A stretch of DNA of 59,547 nucleotides, the filler included, from Actinomycetota bacterium (GTDB lineage Bacteria; Actinomycetota; Actinomycetes; JAKEEW01): NCBI GenBank assembly GCA_046725875.1. It is 4 parts of 4 records of this genome, joined end to end, with 100 filler letters (N's around TTAATTAATTAA, not from the genome) between each part and the next. Parts side by side here need not be neighbours in the genome. Positions count along the whole stretch, not along the records: positions 14,033 to 38,676 come from JBKOZJ010000191.1; 3 more parts are not named here. One strand, written 5' to 3'. The notes below the pieces were generated by a model. That model saw nothing but the letters and a program-made list of their open reading frames with translations. It searched no databases and was not told where the DNA came from. This document shows, piece by piece, positions 28,813-38,379 of this stretch (position 1 is its first letter; each line of letters starts with the position of its first letter). Both the position numbers and the translations under genes were made by a program.

Positions 28813-29319
28813 TTAAGGCTCCTGGACCTCGCGGCGGATAACGAGGCAGGTGTACGACGCGGCAACCGCGGCGGTCGCGGAGAGCAGTAGATAGCCGACG
28901 GAGTAGTCATCCAGGAGGCTGTACATCGCGCCCATAACAAGCGGGGGGAAGAAGCCACCGAGGCCGCCGGCCGCGCCGACGAATCCTGTCACGGCACCCA
29001 CCCGTTCGGCCGGGACCAGCCGCGCGACCAGCGCAAACACAGCGCCCGTTCCGGTGCCGAGCGCCGCCGCCATTCCAAGGAAGGCGATCGTTCCGATTGG
29101 GATGAGCGCCAGCTCGAGGGCGGCCACGAGCGCCAGCGCGGTAACTACCGCATAGCCAGCAGCGAGGACGGGGACCGGATGGAACCGGTCGGACAACCAT
29201 CCGCCCACCGGCCGCGTCGCGACGGCAAGGAGCACGAACCCTGCGGTACGCAAGGCCGCGTCCGACCTGGATAGATCGTATGCCGTCGTGAGGTAGGTGG
29301 GCAGGTAGACGCTGAACGC
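28813..29319 (-). pseudogene. narK: 5'-truncated NarK2-type nitrate/nitrite MFS transporter
   Basis: AFSVYLPTYL...RPVGGWLSDR...GTGTGAVF...GAAGGLGGFFPP. An in-frame TGA at 29343 lies just upstream, and the N-terminal half is absent. Confidence 0.8.
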
Positions 29320-29355
29320 GCTTCGGCCGCGTCGGTTTCTTCAGCGAGTCACGAT

Positions 29356-30357
29356 TCATTTGTGCGATGCATGGGCTGGAACGGGCTTCCCCGGTGCCAT
29401 GACCTCCTCGACGGGTCGGCGCTCGCTCCGTGGCGGCGTCGGTCCGTAGCCCATCCGCAGCACCACGTGCGGCATGTGGCGGGGATTGATCAGCGCGCGG
29501 ACCTGGTCACGGAAAGCGGGCAACTCCAGGGGCTGGGTAAGGAATCCGGTCTGTAGCCCGTCGATGGTCGCGACCAGCAGAACATGCTGCAGCGCCATAC
29601 CCGCCCGCAGCCAGTCCACGACCGCATCGGCGTCCGTGCTGACCACAGCCAAGGTTGGCGTCGCCTCGAACGTTTCCTCCTGCCGGCCAACGTCCACGCC
29701 GCCAAGTGTGAAGTCACGCTGCGGGACCTGCCCGGGGCCCGGTACCGCACCGAACGCGGTCGCGGCCACTCCGTCGGTGCGAGCTGGATCCGCGGTAGTC
29801 CAACGGCTCAGCTCCGCGCGGTAGGCGGGATCGCCACCTTGCGCCGCGTCCGCATCGCGGGCGATGGCGATCAATGTGTGCGCGTTCTCGCCGGTCACCA
29901 CGTGCAGCGCGCCGCCCTCCAGCCGAGCGGCTCGGCCGAGCCGGTCCAGCAGGGCCGCAGGCAACGTCTCGGCGGTCATCGGGCGCCGGCTGCTTCTCCG
30001 CCGGTGCAGCGCTGCGTACAGCTGACGGTCTACTGCACCGGTGCGGTGTGAGCCGACAACGTGCACGGTCGCCAGATGCGTGGGAACCGCCGGGCTGGGC
30101 AGCCACCGGATCCGGGATCGGCGCCCCAGCCAGGCCAACGCCACCCGCACGTTGAGGACGGCTGCACCGCAGCTGATCACCAGTGCGCGTGCCGAGGGGT
30201 CGATCACGTGCAGGCCGCGAGCAGGGTCGGCATGCACCTCGATGGCCTGGGGTGCGGCGACGAACCGCCACGGCTGAGTGTTGTGGATCGACGGTGCGGT
30301 GCTCGCCGCGGCCACCAGTGCCCGGTGTTCGCGGTCGCCCAACTCAATGGCATTCAC
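29356..30357 (-). CDS. acg: Acg-family FMN-binding nitroreductase-like protein
   Basis: APSIHNTQPWRF, ISCGAAVLN, RRRSSRRP, WLRAGMALQHVLL, LRMGYG; GTG 30357 follows GAGGAGG. Confidence 0.88.
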   Translation of the reverse strand: MNAIELGDREHRALVAAASTAPSIHNTQPWRFVAAPQAIEVHADPARGLHVIDPSARALVISCGAAVLNVRVALAWLGRRSRIRWLPSPAVPTHLATVHVVGSHRTGAVDRQLYAALHRRRSSRRPMTAETLPAALLDRLGRAARLEGGALHVVTGENAHTLIAIARDADAAQGGDPAYRAELSRWTTADPARTDGVAATAFGAVPGPGQVPQRDFTLGGVDVGRQEETFEATPTLAVVSTDADAVVDWLRAGMALQHVLLVATIDGLQTGFLTQPLELPAFRDQVRALINPRHMPHVVLRMGYGPTPPRSERRPVEEVMAPGKPVPAHASHK

Positions 30358-30415
30358 GACGACCTCCTCGGTTCCGTAGCGTCCAGGCTGGGCCTCGACG
30401 CATAAACCGCTGCAG

Positions 30416-30480
30416 GGGCAGAACGTCCCGACTGCCGGGCCATTGGTCCCGGGCGGGCCGCCGAACGGGACCAAAGGAAG
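30416..30480. promoter_or_regulatory. Cluster of DosR-box-like sites between the divergent acg and GH65 genes
   Basis: GGGCAGAACGTCCC (30416), GGGCCATTGGTCCC (30437), GGGACCAAAGGAAG (30467). Confidence 0.65.
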
Positions 30481-30592
30481 CGCCCGCGCGGGTCCGCCGA
30501 TCTTGGGCTGGTCAGATTCGGCGAGCGTCGCCACGCGACCACGGAGGAGGGTGCTCGTCAACGGCCGGCCCGAGGAGGGTTACGTTCGAGTC

Positions 30593-33010
30593 ATGCTGAA
30601 GCGCGAGTTCGTCCTCCCGCCGGAGCACATCTACCCGCCCGACGAGTGGCGCCTGCTCGAGACGAGGTACTCGAAGGACTACGTCGATCAGGCGGAGACG
30701 GTCTTCTCACTCAGCAACGGCTTCGTCGGTGTGCGGGGAAGCTTCGAGGAGGGACGGCCAGTGCTCTCTCCCGGGACCTTCGTCAATGGCTTCCATGAGA
30801 CCTGGCCGATCGTGCATGCGGAGGAGGCGCACGCGTTGGCGCGGACCGGCCAGACGATCGTCAACGTGCCGGACTCGACGATCCTCAAGCTCTATGTCGA
30901 CGATGAACCGTTCTTCCTCCCGACGGTCAGGACGCACGACTATGCGCGGGTCCTGGACATGCGAGCCGGGACGTTGGCTCGTGAATTCGTGTGGGCGACC
31001 GCGGCTGGAAAGCATGTTCGCGTCCGGATGTGCCGGCTGGCTTCCCTGGAGCATCGCCATGTCCTCGCGATGACCTACGAGGTGACCGCCCTCGACCACC
31101 CCATCGCTTTGGCAATCTCGTCCCAGGTCGTCAACCGCCAGGACACCCATCCCTTGGACGAACGGCCGGAATGGAGACGGGATGATCCACGGCTGGCGAC
31201 GGTGCTGCCGCAGCGAGTGCTCAACCCCCGGGAGCGGGAGCTGGACGGCGAGCGGATCCTGCTTGGCTATCAGACGACCAATAGCAAGATGACGCTCGGT
31301 GTCGGCGTCGACCACCTAATCGACGCCACCTTCCCGTACCAGACCTCCGGGTCCGTCAAGGACGACATGGCCGAGCTGATCGTCACGGCCGACGCGGTCC
31401 CCGGCGCACCGATCCGGATCACCAAGTATGCGACCTATCAGACATCGCGCAGTATTCCAGTGCGGGAGCTCCTGGATCGGTGCGGACGGACCCTCGACCG
31501 GATGGTCCGGGACGGGTTCGACTCGCTCGTGACGAAGCAGCGCGACCATCTCGACCGCTTCTGGGACCGGGCGGACATCCGGGTCGAGTCCCCAGAGACG
31601 CCGCGGATCCAGCAGGCGGTTCGGTGGAACCTCTTCCAGCTCGCCCAGGCTTCGTGGCGGACCGAGGGCGCCGGCATCCCCGCAAAGGGGCTGACCGGTC
31701 AGGGCTACGAGGGACATTACTTCTGGGATACCGAGATCTACGTCCTGCCGTTCCTGTCGTACACCCAGCCGAGGATCGCCAGAAACCTGCTGCGCTTCCG
31801 GCATAGCATGCTCGATCACGCCCGCGAACGGGCTCGTGACGTGAGCCAACGGGGGGCGCTCTTCCCCTGGCGAACGATCAATGGCAAGGAGGCCTCGGCC
31901 AACGTCCAGTCGGGCACCGCGCAGTACCACATCAACGCCGACATCGCCTATGCGATCAGCCGCTACAGCAACGTCCGCGGCGACGTCGGGCTGCTCGGCG
32001 AGATAGGCGCGGAGATTCTGGTCGAAACTGCTCGCCTGTGGGAGGACCTCGGATTTTACGGCGACGACGGGAAATTCCACATTCATAGCGTGACCGGTCC
32101 CGACGAGTACACCACGGTCGTGAACGACAACACCTACACCAATCTCATGGCACGGCTGAACCTCAATTTCGCCGCTGCTACGGTCCGGCGACTGCGGGAG
32201 GAGCGGCCGGGGGACTACACAGCCCTGGTTCACCAGGTCGCACTGCAGCGCGATGAGGTCGACTCGTGGGAACGCGCCGCGGCCGCGATGTACGTTCCCT
32301 TCGACGAGGAGCGCGGCATTCATCTCCAGGACGACACATTCCTGGAGCGGGAGGTATGGGACATCGCCAGTACACCACCGGAAACCTTCCCGCTCATGTT
32401 GCACTATCACCCGTTGGTGATCTACCGGATGCAAGTGCTCAAACAGGCCGACATCGTGCTCGCGATGTTCCTTCTCGGCGACGAGTTCTCGGACGAGCAG
32501 AAGCGGCGCAACTACGAGTACTACGACCCGCTTACCACCGGAGACTCGTCGCTGTCGGCGTGCGTGCAGAGCATCATCGCCGCCGAGATCGGCAAAGAGC
32601 CAGAGGCCCTCGAATACTTTCGCTACGCCTTGCTCATGGATCTCGCCAACGTGGCCGGTAACGTCTCGAATGGAGTGCATATTGCCTCAGCCGCCGGCGT
32701 GTGGTCGTCGCTGGTCTTCGGGTTCGGCGGAGTCCGGGACTTCGAGGGTCGGCTCTCCTTCAGGCCGAACCTGCCGCACGTTTGGACGGTGCTCGCATTC
32801 TCGCTAAGGTTCAGCGACCGACAGATCCGGGTGCATCTGACACATGACGAGGAGCGTTACCTCATCGACGAGGGCGCCCCCCTCGAGGTCACCATCCGAG
32901 GCGAGCCACATCTGCTCAGCCCAGGGACGGCGGTCGTGATCAAGCGGGATCGTCATGACCTCAGTGGCGGCGACGTTTCGAGCGAACAGCAGCAGTCAGC
33001 GCGTCGATAG
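30593..33010 (+). CDS. Glycoside hydrolase family 65 (trehalose/maltose/kojibiose phosphorylase-like)
   Basis: FSLSNGFVGVRG, AKGLTGQGYEGHYFWDTE, VTGPDEY, LKQAD, DSSLS; TACGTT-6 bp-ATG 30593. Confidence 0.93.
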   Translation: MLKREFVLPPEHIYPPDEWRLLETRYSKDYVDQAETVFSLSNGFVGVRGSFEEGRPVLSPGTFVNGFHETWPIVHAEEAHALARTGQTIVNVPDSTILKLYVDDEPFFLPTVRTHDYARVLDMRAGTLAREFVWATAAGKHVRVRMCRLASLEHRHVLAMTYEVTALDHPIALAISSQVVNRQDTHPLDERPEWRRDDPRLATVLPQRVLNPRERELDGERILLGYQTTNSKMTLGVGVDHLIDATFPYQTSGSVKDDMAELIVTADAVPGAPIRITKYATYQTSRSIPVRELLDRCGRTLDRMVRDGFDSLVTKQRDHLDRFWDRADIRVESPETPRIQQAVRWNLFQLAQASWRTEGAGIPAKGLTGQGYEGHYFWDTEIYVLPFLSYTQPRIARNLLRFRHSMLDHARERARDVSQRGALFPWRTINGKEASANVQSGTAQYHINADIAYAISRYSNVRGDVGLLGEIGAEILVETARLWEDLGFYGDDGKFHIHSVTGPDEYTTVVNDNTYTNLMARLNLNFAAATVRRLREERPGDYTALVHQVALQRDEVDSWERAAAAMYVPFDEERGIHLQDDTFLEREVWDIASTPPETFPLMLHYHPLVIYRMQVLKQADIVLAMFLLGDEFSDEQKRRNYEYYDPLTTGDSSLSACVQSIIAAEIGKEPEALEYFRYALLMDLANVAGNVSNGVHIASAAGVWSSLVFGFGGVRDFEGRLSFRPNLPHVWTVLAFSLRFSDRQIRVHLTHDEERYLIDEGAPLEVTIRGEPHLLSPGTAVVIKRDRHDLSGGDVSSEQQQSARR

Positions 33011-33560
33011 ACAACCCCAATGCAGCGCCGCCCACGACGTCGAGCGGCAGATGCGCTCCGACGTAGACGCGCGACAGGCCGACGATTGGTACCGCGACCA
33101 GGATGGCCGCCCGACCAGCAGGGCCAAGATGCGGGTACGCCGCGACGCCCAGGGCCACTGCCATGCCGGCATGCCCGGAGACGTAGCCCAGGCCGGACTC
33201 CTCCGGCCCTCGTCTCTTCGTGGACGCGAGGAGGACGGTTGGCCGTGGGCGCCCGTAGCAGCGCTTGATTACCTTGGCGACGGCCCAGGTGGCCGATCCA
33301 CCGACGAGCAGTCGCCACGCCAGCGCCCGCCGCCCGCCGATATACGCTGCTGCAGCCGCGGCCGGCGCAGCGCCGAGGTTTCCGCCTTGCATAACAAGCC
33401 AGACCGGCGCATAGAGGCGGTCGGGCAGGGAGTTGATCGCCTTGAATATTTGTTCCTCGGTGCGACCCACCCGGTCGCGCTCGATGCTTAGCCCGGTTAG
33501 CGCGAGGCCCGCGAGACCAACGGCGAGCCGGACACGATGGTCACTCGGACGAATACTCAC
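32961..33560 (-). CDS. PAP2-family membrane phosphatase
   Basis: C1 KRCYGRPRP, C2 YVSGH, C3 SRVYVGAHLPLD. Confidence 0.9.
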   Translation of the reverse strand: MSIRPSDHRVRLAVGLAGLALTGLSIERDRVGRTEEQIFKAINSLPDRLYAPVWLVMQGGNLGAAPAAAAAAYIGGRRALAWRLLVGGSATWAVAKVIKRCYGRPRPTVLLASTKRRGPEESGLGYVSGHAGMAVALGVAAYPHLGPAGRAAILVAVPIVGLSRVYVGAHLPLDVVGGAALGLSIDALTAAVRSKRRRH

Positions 33561-34108
33561 GATGCGTTCAGCTCCACCCCGTATGTGCGGCGCAGGTCGA
33601 GTTCCAGCTGGCGCCGGGGGAAGAGAGCGACCGCGCCGCGCAACTCCTCCATCAGCGGGATGTGCGGGCCGCGGTCAAAATCGAACCGATAGCGCACACA
33701 GCCGCCGGCAAAGACGTCGAAGAGCGTTCCCGCGTACCGGGGCGAAATGCTGCTCAGCCGGAGGTACGTGCGCGCCCCCTCTGAACGGGGCGGCTCCGGC
33801 GTCGCCCCCGCCACATCACAGCTTGCGGCCAGCTCGATGTCGACAGCTCGTCCGCCCCCACGATCCGGAGCCAATGAGAAACGGGTGCGCCCGCTCTCGG
33901 CGTCGAATCGCGTGAGCTCCCAGCCCTCGGGAAGCGCAACCAGGCAGGGCACGTACGAGGCGGCTGGGACCGACTGCGCGACGATTGCGAGGCGCCGGGC
34001 GGCGCTGCATTCCGGTGCGGACCCCACGACATTTGTGCAAGCGGGCAGCAGGAACGCCATCGCGAGCGCGGCTGCGATTGGCAACGACAGGCGCCGGTGG
34101 GACCTCAT
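33557..34108 (-). CDS. Putative lipoprotein
   Basis: MRSHRRL...FLLPAC lipobox; four further Cys; AQSVPAASYVPC; 4-bp overlaps with both neighbours. Confidence 0.75.
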   Translation of the reverse strand: MRSHRRLSLPIAAALAMAFLLPACTNVVGSAPECSAARRLAIVAQSVPAASYVPCLVALPEGWELTRFDAESGRTRFSLAPDRGGGRAVDIELAASCDVAGATPEPPRSEGARTYLRLSSISPRYAGTLFDVFAGGCVRYRFDFDRGPHIPLMEELRGAVALFPRRQLELDLRRTYGVELNAS

Positions 34109-35805
34109 ATCAGCCCAGCCAACTGGACAAACGCAGCAAACACAGCGATCGCGGCGAGCACCGCAGCGAGCACCGCAACGAGCACGCCGACGCGCCGCAC
34201 GCTCCACAACTGGATCGAGACGGGCTTCCGGTGCGGGGCCAGCCGCCGAAACTCCGCCAACAGGTCACGGCCGTCCTCGCGCAGTCGAACTCGGAGTTGG
34301 GTCGGGATCGTAACGCTGCGGCCAGCGGCGAACGCCTCCGCGATGTCGTCCGCGGCGAACTGAAGGAGGGCTCGGGAGTAAACCTGCTGAGCGGAGCTGG
34401 CCAAGGCCAGCGTGAGCATCATGTTCGCCAGGTCCACCGCCTCCCGCCATGGTGTCGGCCGTACGGTGGCGAACGCGACGTCGATGAGGAAGACCTCGCC
34501 GCCGCGGGTGAGCAGGTTGGATGGCTTGATATCACGATGCGCGACCCCGACCTCCCATAGCCGGCGGATGATCCGCAGCCCGCGGTCGATCTCGGTGTCG
34601 GTCAGGGGGGCCGATCCGATCTCGCTACATCCCGCGAAGAACTCCATCACGATGAGGTACTCCCGCTCGGGCGTGATCTCGACAAAGCCGTGCGGCGCGG
34701 GCGTCGGCAGCCCGGCGTCGCGCAGGAGCCGAAGCAGGTGATCTTCGTACTCGACAAGGCGGCGCACGGTCGAGAATGGCTTCTCGTCCTCCAGCCTGCC
34801 GTAACGGATCGTACGGACGAGCTTGTACCAACGGTCCGACCGCAGGTGGCTGAGCGCGTACAACTTGCCGAAGAGGGTGACCTCGGCGCCGTCCCAGGTG
34901 GAGGTATGCAGCCGCAGCGGAGTCGAGCCCGCAGACCCTTCAAGACCGAACGGCTCGATCGCAATGACCTTCAATCCGAGCTGTTCGTCAAGGGCCTTGA
35001 CGATCGCGTCCCGCCGCTGCTCCGACAGGTCCAGATGGGCTCGCTTGCCCGGGCGATAAGTGACGGGGAAGACGTCGTCCGGCGTCATCAGCCGAAAAAC
35101 CGTCACCGGGAGCGCCCAGCCGAGGGCGAGCGCGGCGATGACGTCCGTTGGATGGTCGACGGCGAGGTAGAGCCGGGCGAGGCAGAACACGCCGATTATC
35201 GCGACGGCAATCCAGACGCTACGGCGGCGCCATCGACCTCGTGGGAGCAGCGTATAAACCACACCGGCCAGGACGACCGCCAGCCCCGCCACTGGCCTCG
35301 ACGGCTGTGAGTAACCGTCCCACGAGCCCAGAATCGTCACGTCGGTCGGACGCATCCGGCCCAGGACTTGCGATACGCCGCCGGCGACGATCCCCACGAC
35401 GAGCGCGATGGCGAAGTACACCACGAGATGACGGAACCGGCGTACCACGAGCAGCAGACCGATGGTGCCCCAGGCAAGGGCGCGGACGGCCAGGCCCGAT
35501 CCGATTGTTGAGATCTCCTCCATGGTGGCGTTCAGGGGGTGCCAGCGCAGCTGGGTGAGCCCACGCAGGACAGCGACGTCCGCCGCGGTCACCCCAACGA
35601 AGACTGGACGGATTGCCATACCAACCCAAAAGACGGCCGCCGCCACCCAGGCGGCCACGTACAACACGGTGCTGCGCTCAACCTGGCGCGGGAGCGGCGG
35701 TGGCTCTCCTGAGGGGCGTCGACGCCGGCCCGATGGCGCGGCGGCGACTCTAGGTGAGATGGAATAGCCTGTCTGACCTTCCTTACTGGCCGATAGTCTG
35801 TCCAT
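34105..35805 (-). CDS. Membrane protein fusing a degenerate PAP2-like domain to a protein-kinase-like domain
   Basis: GRMRP / SQPSRP / ARLYLAVDHPTD in the TM region; LFGKLY, VMEFF, VAHRDIKPSNLL, LIDVAF; C-terminal TM. Confidence 0.85.
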   Translation of the reverse strand: MDRLSASKEGQTGYSISPRVAAAPSGRRRRPSGEPPPLPRQVERSTVLYVAAWVAAAVFWVGMAIRPVFVGVTAADVAVLRGLTQLRWHPLNATMEEISTIGSGLAVRALAWGTIGLLLVVRRFRHLVVYFAIALVVGIVAGGVSQVLGRMRPTDVTILGSWDGYSQPSRPVAGLAVVLAGVVYTLLPRGRWRRRSVWIAVAIIGVFCLARLYLAVDHPTDVIAALALGWALPVTVFRLMTPDDVFPVTYRPGKRAHLDLSEQRRDAIVKALDEQLGLKVIAIEPFGLEGSAGSTPLRLHTSTWDGAEVTLFGKLYALSHLRSDRWYKLVRTIRYGRLEDEKPFSTVRRLVEYEDHLLRLLRDAGLPTPAPHGFVEITPEREYLIVMEFFAGCSEIGSAPLTDTEIDRGLRIIRRLWEVGVAHRDIKPSNLLTRGGEVFLIDVAFATVRPTPWREAVDLANMMLTLALASSAQQVYSRALLQFAADDIAEAFAAGRSVTIPTQLRVRLREDGRDLLAEFRRLAPHRKPVSIQLWSVRRVGVLVAVLAAVLAAIAVFAAFVQLAGLI

Positions 35806-35860
35806 GTCAGCACCCCGGCGCCGAACACGGTGCGGTGAACGTGCGGGCGAGGTGGGGGCG

Positions 35861-36808
35861 GTGCTCCAGCCGAGGACCAAGCGACCGTTGTTGCTCCGCG
35901 CGCTGATCGTCGCTGGCATCCTCGTCAGCGCTGCCTGCAGTACAGGCTCGCAGAACGAGACCCCGGTGCAAGAGCCATCCCCGGCTGTTGTCGTCGCGTC
36001 GTTCTCGTTCCCAGAGAGTGAGGTCCTCGCCGAGATCTACGCGCAGGCGCTGGAGCAGGCCGGTGTCCCCGTGCGGCGCGAACTGAATCTCGGGCCCCGC
36101 GAACTCGTCCAGCCGGCGCTGCGGCAGGGGCTTGTGGATGTCGTACCCGAGTATCTCGGCTCGGCGCTGTCCAGTGTGGCGCGGCAGGCGCCGGTCGATA
36201 AACAAGATCCGGCGGCGGTCCGCTCCGCGCTGGAGCGGTCGCTGTCTGGTTGGAGCCTTCGCGTCCTTTCTCCGGCTGCGGCATCGGATAAAAACGGTCT
36301 GGTCGTTACACGCGAGACCGCCGATCGGCTGGGCCTGCGAACAGTCAGTGATCTGCGCGGAAGGGATCGACGGTTGACCCTCGGAGCGCCGCCCGAATGC
36401 CCAACGCGGCCCTACTGTCTGCAGGGCCTGCGCAGCGTCTATGGGCTGCGATTCGCGCACTTCCTGCCGTTCGATACCGAGACTCAGCGGGTCACCGCGC
36501 TGAATGAGCAGGTGGTCGATGTCGCGCTGCTCTTCACCACCGACGGTCATCTCGCCACCGGCGACCTGGTCTTGCTTCGGGATGACCGGCGCCTCCAGCC
36601 GGCGGAGAACGTGGTCCCGATCGTGACGTCGCGCGCGGTTGGACGGTACGGTGACCGCCTGGTGCGCACGCTCGACTCCGTGTCGGCGCGGCTGGACACC
36701 GCGAGCCTGGTCTTCCTCAACTGGCGGGTAACCGTCGCAGGGAAAGAGGTCGCCGGGGAAGCGCGTGGGTGGCTGCGCAGGCATGATCTCCTCACCCGGC
36801 CGGCCTGA
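35861..36808 (+). CDS. Osmoprotectant (OpuAC/OsmF-like) ABC substrate-binding lipoprotein
   Basis: SAAC lipobox; SFPESEVLAEIYAQAL, VPEYLG, ECPTRPYC, QPAENVVP; start uncertain. Confidence 0.88.
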   Translation: MLQPRTKRPLLLRALIVAGILVSAACSTGSQNETPVQEPSPAVVVASFSFPESEVLAEIYAQALEQAGVPVRRELNLGPRELVQPALRQGLVDVVPEYLGSALSSVARQAPVDKQDPAAVRSALERSLSGWSLRVLSPAAASDKNGLVVTRETADRLGLRTVSDLRGRDRRLTLGAPPECPTRPYCLQGLRSVYGLRFAHFLPFDTETQRVTALNEQVVDVALLFTTDGHLATGDLVLLRDDRRLQPAENVVPIVTSRAVGRYGDRLVRTLDSVSARLDTASLVFLNWRVTVAGKEVAGEARGWLRRHDLLTRPA

Positions 36809-38150
36809 TCGGTGGGGCACGCTGCACCACCGGCCGTACCCCGTAGGCCTTGCTGGCCGTAGCCTCCAAGCGCGCCGCCGTCCGGCGGACGTCCCGGTGA
36901 TCGAGGAACTCGCGCAGCTCACTTGGCATGCCGCCGCGATCACTGCCGCCCAGCGCCGGAGGCTGCAAGTCGGAGAGGTCGAAGCGGAAGCCGTCGCCGG
37001 CGTCGAGTACGGCCCGCGCAACTGACCGCGTTAGGCCGTCTGGATAGACGGACAAGTCAAGGTTGAGGTTCGGGGACACGAAACCGCCGTCCGCGGCCCA
37101 GACGGCGGCGGCCTGTGGAGTCGCCAGGTACCGCATCAGCCCTGCCGCAGCCGCCGAGGGACGAAGCGTGACGGCGACGTCCCCGCCACCCACGACCGCC
37201 GGCGGGGCGTTCGCCTTCGACGGGAAGGCGAAGACGTCGGCATCCACGCCGAGCTCAGCCCGAGTGCTGCCGCTGATCACTCCGGCGACGAAATCACCCT
37301 CGGCGATCATCGCTGCCCTCGGTGGCCGCGCGAAAGTATTCTCGACCGCCTGCTCGAACCCGGTGCGGCGGGCGCCTTCGATCCCACCCGCGATGTTCGC
37401 CGGAGCGAGGATCTTTGCGAGGATCCGCAACGTCTGCTCCACCGACCGGTCGGTCCACGGGATGCGGTGGGCAGCGAGGAGGTCATACCGCTCCGGTCCG
37501 GCCAGACGAAGGTAGAGGTTCTCGAACCAGTCCGTCAGCGTCCATCCATCCCTCGCCGCAACGGCGTAGGCCGGTATCCCGGATCGCGTGAGCACGCGGC
37601 CGACGGTCACCAGCCCGGCCAGGTCGCTCGGTGGCACGACTCCCGCTTGCTCGAATGCCGCCACGTTGTACCAGATCAGCGACTTGTTCGCCGCCTTGAA
37701 CCAGACCCCGTAGAGCTGCCCGTCGTGCGATGCGAGCTGCTGCCACACCTGTGAGTAGTTGCGCCGTACTTCTGTCGTGATTGTTTGATCAAGCGGTACG
37801 AGCTGGCCGTTCGCGGCCAGGTCCCGAAGCAACCCGGGCTGGGGAAGCAAGGCGAGATCCGGCGGGCGGCCCTCGGCGAGCCGGGCCATGAGTACCTGCG
37901 GAACCCGGTCCGGAGCCGAGATGACCCGAACCGAGACCCCGGTCCGGATTGAGAACGGTCGCAGCACCGACTCGAACCGCTGCTGCTCAATACCTGACCA
38001 CGCAGTGACGATCTCGAGATGAGCGCCGGTGAGATCCGCCGTCGCGTCGTCCCCGCCCTGCAACGTACATTGGGCGAGCAGCGGCACCACCGCGACGGCT
38101 AGCACGGCGCCGATCAAGGGTCGCACCACCCCTGGCGTCACATGTCCCAC
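36792..38150 (-). CDS. Sugar ABC substrate-binding protein (alpha-glucoside AglE-like)
   Basis: PPDLALLPQPG, KAANKSLIWYN, GWTLTDWFEN, EGDFV, FRFDLSDLQP. Confidence 0.85.
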   Translation of the reverse strand: MGHVTPGVVRPLIGAVLAVAVVPLLAQCTLQGGDDATADLTGAHLEIVTAWSGIEQQRFESVLRPFSIRTGVSVRVISAPDRVPQVLMARLAEGRPPDLALLPQPGLLRDLAANGQLVPLDQTITTEVRRNYSQVWQQLASHDGQLYGVWFKAANKSLIWYNVAAFEQAGVVPPSDLAGLVTVGRVLTRSGIPAYAVAARDGWTLTDWFENLYLRLAGPERYDLLAAHRIPWTDRSVEQTLRILAKILAPANIAGGIEGARRTGFEQAVENTFARPPRAAMIAEGDFVAGVISGSTRAELGVDADVFAFPSKANAPPAVVGGGDVAVTLRPSAAAAGLMRYLATPQAAAVWAADGGFVSPNLNLDLSVYPDGLTRSVARAVLDAGDGFRFDLSDLQPPALGGSDRGGMPSELREFLDHRDVRRTAARLEATASKAYGVRPVVQRAPPIRPAG

Positions 38151-38379
38151 TGTGGTCGGGCCACCACCCTCGCTGTCAACAGGGGGCGTTCGGCCCTATC
38201 ACCTCGACCGTTGACACCTGAGGGTCTCGGCAGAAGACTGAATGAGCTCCTCGTCAACGTTTGGCATGAGGCGCGGGGAGCTGTATACGGGGGAGGGGTG
38301 CGCGGCGTCGGCAGCCGGCCGCCGCACTTAGCGGTTGTAGCGATTTGGCGCGCTTTCCTTCCAAGAGAGGGAAGACGCC

